From: Natronospirales bacterium
GTDB lineage: Bacteria; Pseudomonadota; Gammaproteobacteria; Natronospirales; JAIVGZ01
Length of the DNA stretch: 64,000 nucleotides
Assembly: GCA_020201335.1 (NCBI GenBank)
Contig: JAIVGZ010000003.1
Coordinates: 1,781 to 65,780 of the forward strand
Direction of reading: 5' to 3'
The notes under the pieces are model-generated. The model was not told the DNA's origin. It made no database searches and was given only the letters and a program-made list of their open reading frames with translations. Numbering within the stretch: position 1 is the first letter of the stretch; the number at the start of each line of letters is the position of its first letter. Position numbers and translations under genes: made by a program. This document shows positions 10,303-18,394 of this stretch, one piece after another.

Positions 10303-11255
10303 CCCGCGCCGTCGTCCTCGACCTCGCCACGATTACCCGTGGCGACCTCGACCTCGGCGAACTTGACCGCGCGCTGCCGGGCTGGACCGGCTACCCGGTA
10401 ACGCGCATGGACGAGCTGCACGCGCGCATCGCCGACGCCGAAATCATCCTGACCAACAAGATCCGGCTCGACGCCGACGCGATCGCGGCAGCGAAGGACC
10501 TGAAGCTCATCTGCCTCGCCGCAACCGGCACCAACAACGTCGACCTTAAAGCTGCGGAAGCACGCGGGATCGGGGTCGCGAACATCACCGCGTACTGCAC
10601 CGCGTCGGTCGCGCAGCATGTGTTCGCGCTGATACTCTCGCTCACCATCAATATCCCGGGCTACCGCAAGTTGCTCCGCGACGGCGCGTGGCGCGAGAGC
10701 CCGCAATTCTGCCTGCTCGATTTTCCGATCCGCGAGCTTGCCGGCAAGACGCTCGGCATCGTCGGTTACGGCGAGCTCGGGCGCGCGACCGCGCGCATCG
10801 GCGCGGCGTTCGGGATGGACATCGTGATTGCGAACCGGCCCGGTACCGAACTGAAGCCGGGGCGCGTGTCGCTCGAGCAGTTGCTTGCGGCCGCCGATGT
10901 CGTCAGCCTGCATTGCCCACTGACGCCGGAAACGAAAGGCCTGATCGACGCAGCCGCGCTGCGGCGAATGAAGCCCGACGCGTTGCTCATCAACACCGCG
11001 CGCGGCGCGCTCATCGACGAGCAGGCGCTCGCCGACGCGCTGCGCGCCGGCACAATCGGCGGCGCCGGCATCGACGTACTCAGTGAGGAGCCGCCGGTCA
11101 ACGGCAACCCGCTGCTCGCCGACGACATCCCGAACCTCATCGTCACGCCGCACATCGCTTGGGCGGCGCGCGAGGCGCGCCAGCGTGCAATCAACGAGAT
11201 GGCCGCGAATGCCGCGGCCTTCCTTGCAGGTAAGCCCCGCAACCGCGTGGTCTAA
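10299..11255 (+). CDS. D-isomer-specific 2-hydroxyacid dehydrogenase (glycerate dehydrogenase-like)
   Basis: 318 aa. NAD fold ..GIVGYGELGRA.. and catalytic ..NTARGALID....PHIAWA.. pattern. Confidence 0.85.
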   Translation: MTRAVVLDLATITRGDLDLGELDRALPGWTGYPVTRMDELHARIADAEIILTNKIRLDADAIAAAKDLKLICLAATGTNNVDLKAAEARGIGVANITAYCTASVAQHVFALILSLTINIPGYRKLLRDGAWRESPQFCLLDFPIRELAGKTLGIVGYGELGRATARIGAAFGMDIVIANRPGTELKPGRVSLEQLLAAADVVSLHCPLTPETKGLIDAAALRRMKPDALLINTARGALIDEQALADALRAGTIGGAGIDVLSEEPPVNGNPLLADDIPNLIVTPHIAWAAREARQRAINEMAANAAAFLAGKPRNRVV

Positions 11256-11259
11256 ACGC

Positions 11260-11435
11260 CAATGTAGGAGCGGTGCTCCGCACCGAGATCGCAGAGGCTT
11301 GGACATGCAATGTAGGAGCGGTGCTCCGCACCGCGATAGCAGAGGCTCGGACTTGCAATGTAGGAGCGGTGCTCCGCACCGCGATAGCAGAGGCTCGGAC
11401 TTGCAATGTAGGAGCGGTGCTCCGCACCGCGATAG
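11260..11435 (+). repeat. Tandem array of four REP-type units (48-bp period)
   Basis: CAATGTAGGAGCGGTGCTCCGCACCGCGATAGCAGAGGCTCGGACTTG repeats at 11260, 11308, 11356 and 11404. The last copy is partial. The array is intergenic. Confidence 0.9.
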
Positions 11436-11507
11436 TTCGGTTTCGCACAGCGTGTCAGGCGCTGATAGCCTAAGTTCGAGAATGCAGCAGCACCCCAGGA
11501 GGCAGCC

Positions 11508-12116
11508 ATGGCAAAAGTAAAACTCGCGGTCATCTACTATTCGACCTACGGCACCAACCACATGATGGCGACCGCAGCGGCCGAGGCGGCCGAAGCAGCG
11601 GGCGCCGAAGTCCGCCTCCGCAAATGCCGCGAAACCGCGCCGCAGGAAGTCGTGCAGAAGCAGGACGCCTGGAAAGCGACCGCGGAACGCACGAAAGACG
11701 TTGAAGTCGTGACCCCCGATGACATGGCGTGGGCTGACGCTTACCTGTTCAGCTCCCCGACGCGCTACGGCGGTGCCGCGAGCCAGGTGCGCGCGTTCAT
11801 CGACACGCTCGGCCCGCTGTGGCAGAAGGGCGGCCTCGCCGACAAATGCGTCACCGCGATGACCAGCGCGATGAACCCGCACGGCGGCCAGGAGACAACG
11901 CTGCAGACACTCTATTTCACCTTCATGCACTGGGGCGCGATCATCGTGCCACCCGGCTACACCGATGACGCCGTCTCGAAGGCCGGTGGCAACCCGTATG
12001 GCACCAGCGTAACGGCCGGCAAGCCGAAGCTCGACGACACCGATGTCGCCGCGATCCGCCACCAGGCGACGCGCCTCGTACGTACCGCCGAGGCGCTCCT
12101 GAAAGGCCGCAGCTAA
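11508..12116 (+). CDS. wrbA: NAD(P)H:quinone oxidoreductase WrbA (flavodoxin-like)
   Basis: 202 aa. [21 protein letters not shown].. and ..[19 protein letters not shown].. are characteristic of WrbA. Confidence 0.85.
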   Translation: MAKVKLAVIYYSTYGTNHMMATAAAEAAEAAGAEVRLRKCRETAPQEVVQKQDAWKATAERTKDVEVVTPDDMAWADAYLFSSPTRYGGAASQVRAFIDTLGPLWQKGGLADKCVTAMTSAMNPHGGQETTLQTLYFTFMHWGAIIVPPGYTDDAVSKAGGNPYGTSVTAGKPKLDDTDVAAIRHQATRLVRTAEALLKGRS

Positions 12117-12135
12117 CACCAGCAGCCTTGCTCCC

Positions 12136-12163
12136 CTGTGGGAGCGAATCTGTGATTCGCGAC
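12136..12163 (+). repeat. REP-like palindrome variant (CTGTGGGAGCGAATCTGTGATTCGCGAC)
   Basis: 7-bp stem GCGAATC/GATTCGC downstream of wrbA. Confidence 0.6.
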
Positions 12164-12186
12164 TTGCGCTGGTTTAGAATTCGCTG

Positions 12187-12873
12187 ATGCTCAAATCACT
12201 GCTCCAGCGCACCGGCCTGCACGGCCTCGACCGCCGCGCGAAAAAAGCGCTCGGTATCCATAAAGACCACATGAGCCACCCGCCGTACGGGGCAGACGCC
12301 CACCGGCTGGTCAAGGCGCACATCGACATCGTGCGCTACGGCTCGATCGCACTCGCGCTGCACCGGCTGAACGAGGAGCAGGTACCGGGTGCGATGGCCG
12401 AGCTCGGTGTGTTCAAGGGCGAGCTCAGCGCATTCCTTGCGGCGATCGAGCGAAAACGCACGCTGCACCTGTTTGACACCTTCGCCGGGTTCCCCGAGGG
12501 CGACCTCGAGGCGGGCGAGACCAACGATGCGCGCTTCCAGGACACCAGCGAAGATGCGGTGCGCACGCGCATCGGCGACTGCAGCAATGTCCGCTTCCAC
12601 GTTGGCCCGTTCCCCGACACCGCGGGCCCGATCATGAACGAACGCTTCGCATTCGTGGTGCTCGACCCCGACAAGTACAAGCCGACGCTGGCTGGGCTTG
12701 AAATCTTCTACCCACGCATGCGCTCCGGCGGCTATATATTCATGCACGACTACAACAACCCCGAGTCCGACTTCGCGGTTTCGCGCGCCGCGCACGAATT
12801 CTTGCAGGACAAACCCGAAAAGCTCATCGACATCCCCGACGCCAACGGCTCGGCGCTGTTCCGGAAAACTTGA
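12187..12873 (+). CDS. TylF/MycF-family class I SAM-dependent O-methyltransferase
   Basis: 228 aa with ..ELGVFKGELSAFL.., ..FDTFAGFPE.., ..LDPDKYKPT.. and ..GGYIFMHDY.. patterns. Confidence 0.7.
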   Translation: MLKSLLQRTGLHGLDRRAKKALGIHKDHMSHPPYGADAHRLVKAHIDIVRYGSIALALHRLNEEQVPGAMAELGVFKGELSAFLAAIERKRTLHLFDTFAGFPEGDLEAGETNDARFQDTSEDAVRTRIGDCSNVRFHVGPFPDTAGPIMNERFAFVVLDPDKYKPTLAGLEIFYPRMRSGGYIFMHDYNNPESDFAVSRAAHEFLQDKPEKLIDIPDANGSALFRKT

Positions 12874-13268
12874 AAATCCCGCCCCCGATTGTTGGCGCTG
12901 CTTGCTGCGCGCTCGTGTGGGCGCTCGACCGCGCGCTCCCCACAGCGCGCATCGTGACGCGGTGGAACGACGAAATCGCGCTCGCGCTTTTGATTGCAGG
13001 CATCGGTCTCGCCGCCGCCGGCGCCATCTCGTTCGAGCGTGCAGACACGACCGTCGACCCGCTGCACCCGGAGCGCTCGACCGCGCTCGTCACGAGCGGC
13101 GTGTTCCGTATCACGCGCAACCCGATGTATGTCGGCATGGCACTCGGAGTCGCCGCGTTCGTCGTCTGGATCGACCGCATGCAGATACCCGCCGAGGAGC
13201 GCGCGCTGGCCGCGCACTTCGGGCCCGCGTTTGCTGCGTACCGAGACCGCGTCCGCCGCTGGCTCTAA
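12870..13268 (+). CDS. Isoprenylcysteine carboxyl methyltransferase (ICMT/PEMT)-family membrane protein, shortened
   Basis: ..TSGVFRITRNPMYVGMAL.. and the C-terminal ..AAYRDRVRRWL. Relative to the cassette paralogue (23364-23858) it lacks about 17 residues between the RNPMY helix and the PxEE motif. Confidence 0.65.
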   Translation: MKIPPPIVGAACCALVWALDRALPTARIVTRWNDEIALALLIAGIGLAAAGAISFERADTTVDPLHPERSTALVTSGVFRITRNPMYVGMALGVAAFVVWIDRMQIPAEERALAAHFGPAFAAYRDRVRRWL

Positions 13269-13284
13269 GCTTCAGTCCAACGCG

Positions 13285-13454
13285 GCTGCGTACAACGGCC
13301 CCGCACTCACGCGGGGGCCGCTTGTTGAAGAATAGGATGACATCCGTGCCCACGCGACATACGCCTTCTCGGTACTGCGCGCGTAGTGGCGGACCCGGAC
13401 TGCATCGCGGATTGACTGAAGGAACGCGGATTCTCCCATCACGCCTCCATGCAT
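13285..13454 (-). pseudogene. intI: Integron integrase (IntI) N-terminal remnant, frameshifted and 3'-truncated
   Basis: The minus strand reads MHGGVMGESAFLQSIRDAVRVRHYARSTEKAYVAWAR, then frame-shifts to ..VILFFNKRPPRECGAVV. This matches the IntI N-terminus (..IRxRHYSxRTExAYVxWxRRFIxFHxKRHPxEMG..). Only about 56 codons remain before the stop of the ICMT gene. Confidence 0.8.
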
Positions 13455-13554
13455 TTTGGGAAAAATGGCAACGAAATAAATCTAGACTGAACGGGAAACC
13501 GCGTCTATGGTTTAGCGAAACGGAGCGTCCCGACAGGAAAGTTTATGACCCTCT

Positions 13555-13612
13555 CCATTCCAATAACTAACCCAACTATGACCCTCCAACGGGTCACACA
13601 TAGTCGTTAGCG
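13555..13612 (+). promoter_or_regulatory. attI recombination site (junction GTTAGCG at 13606-13612)
   Basis: Lies directly between the intI start and the first cassette. TTAGCGCCAACG (13607 onward) is the reverse complement of CGTTGGCGCTAA, which precedes the first attC (14190-14201). The left side resembles the second junction at 18395-18455. Confidence 0.7.
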
Positions 13613-13617
13613 CCAAC

Positions 13618-14187
13618 GTGATCTCACGCTTTGCGTCAGGCATACAACGAGACGTATTGACACGCGCTGGCCTGACTGCTTGTGCCTTAATTGTGGTGAT
13701 TGCTAGCGGATTGCTACTGAGCATGTACTCTGACAAGGCGTTCAATTGGATTCCAGTCGCTGTAGGAATCTCCTTAGTGAGTTGGGCGCTCTTTTGGTTC
13801 CGGAGATATCGACAAGCACGCACCTGGATGCCTGTCGAGGCGCAGGTGCTGAAAATTATGGAAAAGTCGCGAGGTGTGCGAATCGGCGTCGGTCTCTACC
13901 TATACGTGTATCCATCCGTGACTTTTCGGTATGAGGTGCACGGGCAAACCTACATGGGGGGCGAGTCGAGCGTGGAGATTGAGAATATTTGGGTTCCCGA
14001 CTATGAGCGCACCTCCGCGTTCTGGGCAGACTGGGCAGATGGGAAACGGATTACCGCCGTTTACAATCCCACGAATCCTAAACAGGCGATGCTGATGACG
14101 GAACTTAGTAAGAGCCGGTTGTCCCACCACGCCGCTGTTCTGAGTGCAGGACTTCTTGTGCTTGTTTTAGGCGTGATTCTTCTGTGA
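13618..14187 (+). CDS. Cassette 1: DUF3592-like membrane protein
   Basis: 189 aa with TM helices at both ends. The central ..W.PVEAQV......YPSVTFRYEVHGQTY.G......GKRITAVYNPTNPKQAML.. pattern is typical of DUF3592. GTG start. Confidence 0.6.
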   Translation: MISRFASGIQRDVLTRAGLTACALIVVIASGLLLSMYSDKAFNWIPVAVGISLVSWALFWFRRYRQARTWMPVEAQVLKIMEKSRGVRIGVGLYLYVYPSVTFRYEVHGQTYMGGESSVEIENIWVPDYERTSAFWADWADGKRITAVYNPTNPKQAMLMTELSKSRLSHHAAVLSAGLLVLVLGVILL

Positions 14188-14192
14188 GGGTT

Positions 14193-14320
14193 GGCGCTAA
14201 CAATGCATCGGAGCGGCCGCGCTCCGCGGTTTCTAGGGAGGGTCTGGTAAAGATGACAAGGATAAAGTTCCAATCTGAAATCTCGGCGGCGTCGCGCGCC
14301 GCTCAACGCAGTCGTTAGAG
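14193..14320 (+). repeat. attC 1 (class A, about 128 bp)
   Basis: GGCGCTAAC...CATCGGAGCGGCCGCGC...GCGCGCCGCTCAACGCAGTC GTTAGAG. Confidence 0.85.
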
Positions 14321-14326
14321 GACGCT

Positions 14327-14869
14327 ATGTCCGTCGCCGACGTCGCCACCATTACGATCGCGCTCATCGCCCTCGCGGTATCCCTATACGCTGTCACGCG
14401 CGACCGAAGGCAACGACAGTTCGACTTGTTCCTTCGCTGCCACGATCGGTTAAAGCAGTTACAGAAGGAGACCCCTTTACTGCCGCCATCTCAGTATCTA
14501 GAAATGGAGGAAGACCCCGGGAACCCGGCTTGGGAGAAGTACCAAATCCAATCGACCGAGGCACAGTTGCGGCTTGATAGCGAATTAGAGACTGCATGCT
14601 ACTTGGCGGTGAAGGGCGAACTGAATGTGGAAGTATTCTTCAATTTATTTCGTGGCTGGCTTGCGATGAGAGATGTGATGTGGACCTCGGGGGTAGGCGA
14701 ACATCGCGCTCGAAATCACCCATACACAGTGGCGGTCATCGAAATGTGTAGAAGGCGTAAGCTGTTACCAATTAAGGATAATGTAGAGTTTCGAGAGATG
14801 ACGAAACTCGTGAACGAATACCTTGGCGAGTCGGCGTCCTCTAACAAAGCATTGGAGCGGTCGCGCTAA
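14327..14869 (+). CDS. Cassette 2: hypothetical protein with an N-terminal TM anchor
   Basis: 180-aa ORF starting 12 nt after the attC core. No recognisable family. The stop lies inside its attC. Confidence 0.6.
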   Translation: MSVADVATITIALIALAVSLYAVTRDRRQRQFDLFLRCHDRLKQLQKETPLLPPSQYLEMEEDPGNPAWEKYQIQSTEAQLRLDSELETACYLAVKGELNVEVFFNLFRGWLAMRDVMWTSGVGEHRARNHPYTVAVIEMCRRRKLLPIKDNVEFREMTKLVNEYLGESASSNKALERSR

Positions 14870-14968
14870 GGAGTGTTCGATGAATGGACTGGTAAAGACG
14901 AAGTTGGGAATAAAGTGCTTTCTGTCAGCGTCGCCGCTTCCGCGCGCCGCTCAACGCGGGTGTTAGGC
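14834..14968 (+). repeat. attC 2 (class A)
   Basis: GCGTCCTCTAAC (reverse complement of 14314 GTTAGAGGACGC) ... CCGCTCAACGCGGGT GTTAGGC. Confidence 0.85.
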
Positions 14969-14972
14969 GCCA

Positions 14973-15485
14973 ATGAGTGATCTCCGGCCAATCGTCGACT
15001 GGATGCAGGCGACTCACGATAAAGAGGCCGCGGAACGCATCGTCGCCTCACAGTGGCGCTATCTCGCGAGCTATTTCGAGAAATCCGTCGCCTATGCCAA
15101 CGTTCTCGTCATTGCGGGATACGCCAGCTACTTCGGGCTATGGACACTTGCCCGTACGCACATAGATACCGGCCCAGCGACTGCGTCAGCACTGCTAATG
15201 GCCATCTCAGTTGTGCTTTATCTGTCGTTCCAAGTGTTTTCGTTATTCCGAATGAGTCAGTCCGTCATTGACCATCAGGCTGCATTGAAAACTAGGCTGC
15301 GGGGAAAAAGCCCGCAGGAGATGGTAAAGGAACTCGAGGAAATTGAAGATGAGGCGGCAGAGTCCACGCTGAAGCTTATGCCCTGGTGGCGTCGGTTTGT
15401 GCTTTCGGCCATTGTTGCGGGCCTCGCCGCGTTTGGAATCCTCGGCTACGAGTTTGTACGTGTTCTGCACTATATTGGCGCCTAA
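14973..15485 (+). CDS. Cassette 3: hypothetical membrane protein (about 4 TM plus a central coiled segment)
   Basis: 170-aa ORF filling the cassette. No recognisable family. Confidence 0.6.
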   Translation: MSDLRPIVDWMQATHDKEAAERIVASQWRYLASYFEKSVAYANVLVIAGYASYFGLWTLARTHIDTGPATASALLMAISVVLYLSFQVFSLFRMSQSVIDHQAALKTRLRGKSPQEMVKELEEIEDEAAESTLKLMPWWRRFVLSAIVAGLAAFGILGYEFVRVLHYIGA

Positions 15486-15602
15486 CGATGCATTGGAGCG
15501 GCCGCGCTCCGCGGTTTCTAGGGAGGGACTGGGAAAGATGATCGGGATAAAGTGCAGATCGGCAAGGTTGGCGGCGCGTGCCGCTCAACGCAGGGGCTAA
15601 GC
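15477..15602 (+). repeat. attC 3 (class A) with a non-canonical core GCTAAGC
   Basis: GGCGCCTAAC (reverse complement of 14962 GTTAGGCGCC) ... CCGCTCAACGCAGGG GCTAAGC. The second core base is C, not T. Confidence 0.75.
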
Positions 15603-15612
15603 GGCTGAGAAA

Positions 15613-16356
15613 ATGCGTGAGCTACTCGAACAATCGGAAGCGCTTCAGAACCTGTTGATATCGCAGGCAACCGGAGGCCGCGAAGACGATGCGGAGTTCG
15701 TGCGGCTCCGACAGATGCTCCTCTCCAATCCTGCGCTAGATCCGTTCGTCCCTCGCTTTGTTCGAACATGCAGGAACCTGTCGCAGTTTTGGCAGTTCAT
15801 AAAGTTCAGGTACGGCAGTTATGCCGAACGTCGAGATTACATATGGAACGAGTTCGCCCCTCTGCTCGACGCCCTGGAGCGCGGACCACTTTCACCCGCT
15901 GATCAGCTTGTCTCCGAGAAGCTTGAGACTTTCGATGCCTCACACGTGCAAGCCGCCTGGTCCAAGGCGCTTGAACGGCGCACATCCGATCCGGAAGGGG
16001 CGATAACGTCCGCCCGTACCCTGATCGAGTCTGTGTGCAAGCACATCCTCGATTCTGCAGAGGTGCCTTATGATGATGGGGCAGATCTTCCAAAGCTTTA
16101 CAAATTGACGGCAGAAGCCCTGAAGCTCGCGCCCTCGCAGCATACCGAGTCAGTGTTCAAGCAGATCCTGGGCGGCTGCACTGCCGTAGTGGAAGGGCTC
16201 GGCTCCCTGAGAAACCGCCTGAGTGACGCGCATGGAAAAGGTAGGATCGGCTCAAAGCCCGCCTCTCGCCACGCCGAGTTGGCCGTCAATCTCTCTGGCG
16301 CACTGGCTATTTTCCTGCTGGCGACATGGGAAGCACGAAACGAGGCAGCACCCTAA
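15613..16356 (+). CDS. Cassette 4: Abi_C-domain (abortive infection C-terminus, AbiJ/Abi-like) protein
   Basis: 247 aa. The C-terminal half (..ARTLIESVCKHIL...LYKLTAEAL......GLGSLRNRLSDAHGKG....RHAELAVNLSGALAIFLL..) matches the Abi_C (PF14355-type) pattern as recalled. Confidence 0.65.
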   Translation: MRELLEQSEALQNLLISQATGGREDDAEFVRLRQMLLSNPALDPFVPRFVRTCRNLSQFWQFIKFRYGSYAERRDYIWNEFAPLLDALERGPLSPADQLVSEKLETFDASHVQAAWSKALERRTSDPEGAITSARTLIESVCKHILDSAEVPYDDGADLPKLYKLTAEALKLAPSQHTESVFKQILGGCTAVVEGLGSLRNRLSDAHGKGRIGSKPASRHAELAVNLSGALAIFLLATWEARNEAAP

Positions 16357-16441
16357 CTATGCGTTCAACCAGGCTGCGGGGAGAGGCTACTGTGTTTCCT
16401 GATATTCTGTCGGCCCGCTACCGCTTAACGCGGCGTTATGG
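16351..16441 (+). repeat. attC 4 (class B, about 91 bp)
   Basis: CCCTAACTATGCGTTCAACC...CCGCTTAACGCGGC GTTATGG. The inner arms GCGTTCAA/GCTTAACGC pair. Confidence 0.8.
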
Positions 16442-16980
16442 TCATGGCCCCGCTCGCTGACCGCGTGACCGTGAATCTCACGCCGCTCGAAATCGCCGAG
16501 CGCCAGATCGACCGTGCGATTACTTTATTTCTGGACGATGCAGATTATATTTCCGCATCAACCCTCGCCGGTGCAGCGGAGGGAATAATTGGCGACCTCC
16601 TGCGGCGCGGTGGGCGTCCCTACGCTTTGGATGACATAGTGAAAGGCGCAATGGCATTAACTAAAGAAATGGATCCTTCTGATTCGTCCAAAAGAAAAGA
16701 CTACATAGCATTCGTGAACGACTTTCGAGATCGTCTAAAACACCTAAAGAGTGGTGAAACACTGCACTGCTCGGTCGATTACGAAGCTGCTTGCTTGATT
16801 GACCGTGCGATGGACAATTACTTCAATCTGACCGAAAGCGAGACCGAGACGATGCTCCGCTTTCGGAGGTTTAACTACTTCGAAATTGAGACGGGGCAGC
16901 CAAAACAATGCATTGGAGCGGCCGCGGAACCTGCCCCGATAAAAGAGAAGCTCCCGAGTGAAATGCTTCGGGAAAAATAA
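16438..16980 (+). CDS. Cassette 5: hypothetical cytoplasmic protein
   Basis: 180-aa ORF. Its 3' end reads through the partial attC. No recognisable family. Confidence 0.55.
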   Translation: MVMAPLADRVTVNLTPLEIAERQIDRAITLFLDDADYISASTLAGAAEGIIGDLLRRGGRPYALDDIVKGAMALTKEMDPSDSSKRKDYIAFVNDFRDRLKHLKSGETLHCSVDYEAACLIDRAMDNYFNLTESETETMLRFRRFNYFEIETGQPKQCIGAAAEPAPIKEKLPSEMLREK

Positions 16981-16985
16981 AGCGT
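16897..16985 (+). repeat. attC 5, truncated (left arm and centre only)
   Basis: CAGCCAAAACAATGCATTGGAGCGGCCGCGGAACCTGCC..GGGAAAAATAAAGCG parallels the left two-thirds of attC 9 and 14. The right arm (GCGCGCCGCTCAACGC..GTTRRRY) is missing. Confidence 0.7.
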
Positions 16986-17012
16986 AGGCGAGCTCACGAA
17001 GGTAAAGAGATC

Positions 17013-18023
17013 ATGAAGAATAAAGGCCTGCTCCTTTTCCCAGTTCTGCTACTAGTTGCGCACATCGACGAAGTGCTAGCCGTTCAATCTCCCATGATTG
17101 ATAAGACTGACACTTGCTATCAGGGCGAATTCAGTAATCTTGAAAGCTACCTTTCTCGACCTATTACGAGAACGGCGTATGACGATCCGGTCCAGTTTGA
17201 GCGGGCAAGGGTCAGATACACCTGGTGGCGCGATAACTTCGATTGCGACTGGATCAGTTATTCAGTCGACGGTTTGGAGGTTAATGGCTTTGTTGTGAAG
17301 CCGACTGGCGACTCTCCACCAGAAGGGTGGCCCGTTGTAATTTTCAATCACGGGGGAAATGCCGACATCGGCTCGGTACGGTTCGAGTACATTGCAGCGC
17401 GCCTGTTCCCGATAGTTGAAGCCGGCTTCGTCGTTATGGGTACCCAGTACCGCGGCGCGAAGATTGACGGAGCCGATAGTCCGGACAGACTCCGGGATGA
17501 ATTCGGCGGAAGCGATGTCAACGATGTGCTCGCCTTGATTTCCATTGCAGATTCGATTCCGGAAGCGGATGGGAGCAGGATCGGAATGTATGGGATAAGC
17601 CGCGGCGGGATGATGAGTTTTCTTGCTGCGCGTCGTACAAACAGAATTTCGACAATAGTGGTACAAGATACGCCAACTGATTTGGTGCGAGGGTTGGAGT
17701 TCACGCCTGACATGGTGCGGGTATTTACCAAATGGATTCCTGACTATGAAAAGAATCCACATGAGGCCTTGATACAACGATCGGCGTTGTACTGGCTGGA
17801 TGAACTCGACCCAAACATGTCCGTATTGATCTTGCACGGCACTGCGGATCAACGGGTGAGTGCTGAACAGGCCTTGGTAACGGCACTTAAATTGCAGGAA
17901 TTGCGCCGCCAATATAAATTGGTTATCTACCCAAATGCGTCGCACGGTCTTCGTGAATATCATCAAGCCGTGGAAACAGAAATAATTGCTTGGTTCTCGT
18001 CGGTCCTCCGCAAGGATTACTGA
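17013..18023 (+). CDS. Secreted alpha/beta hydrolase (S9 prolyl-oligopeptidase/dienelactone-hydrolase-like)
   Basis: Signal peptide, nucleophile elbow GISRGGMM and ..LILHGTADQRV... 336 aa. Not bounded by an attC. Confidence 0.7.
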   Translation: MKNKGLLLFPVLLLVAHIDEVLAVQSPMIDKTDTCYQGEFSNLESYLSRPITRTAYDDPVQFERARVRYTWWRDNFDCDWISYSVDGLEVNGFVVKPTGDSPPEGWPVVIFNHGGNADIGSVRFEYIAARLFPIVEAGFVVMGTQYRGAKIDGADSPDRLRDEFGGSDVNDVLALISIADSIPEADGSRIGMYGISRGGMMSFLAARRTNRISTIVVQDTPTDLVRGLEFTPDMVRVFTKWIPDYEKNPHEALIQRSALYWLDELDPNMSVLILHGTADQRVSAEQALVTALKLQELRRQYKLVIYPNASHGLREYHQAVETEIIAWFSSVLRKDY

Positions 18024-18394
18024 TACACGGAGGGGCTGACCATAACTGTCTGTTTATCCAGCGTTAGCAAAGATGACGCCGCAGGATTTTCGCTCTGTGG
18101 AACGGACCGCCATGGCGCTAGCTAATTAGATCCGCCGCTCACTTTTCTGGGGGCGTTCGAGCAGCGCGAATGACCTGTCCTCCGTAATTAGTACCGCTTC
18201 CGGTCTCGCTCGCGCTGCCATCTCTGATCTCCTCACACTTTGGTGCATTCGGAGCAGAAGGCAGGTTCCATCACCTCATATTTGGGATGGATGAACGAGA
18301 GATGGACGAGTTCGTGCGGATTGGTGGACGAGCGGCGTTTCGATGCCCTACATTCTATTGCAACGAGCCCCAACGGACGGAGTCGGCATGCCTG

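Noticed and set aside
11260-11435. Possible CRISPR array (regular 48-bp periodicity with a palindromic repeat).
   Set aside because: The 'spacers' between the palindromes are identical to one another. There are no unique spacers or cas genes, and the palindrome is the same REP unit found dispersed elsewhere.
10113-12119. 668-aa ORF on the minus strand.
   Set aside because: It is antisense to the well-supported hydroxyacid dehydrogenase and wrbA genes and reads straight through the REP array (repeating ..SRCGAPLLHCKSEPLL..). This is a typical high-G+C antisense artefact.
13297-13319. GC-rich hairpin (GGCCCCGC..GCGGGGGCC) downstream of the ICMT-family gene, considered as a terminator.
   Set aside because: It lies inside the intI-homologous coding remnant (encoding ..RPPRECG.. 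on the minus strand), it is imperfect, and it lacks a U-tract.
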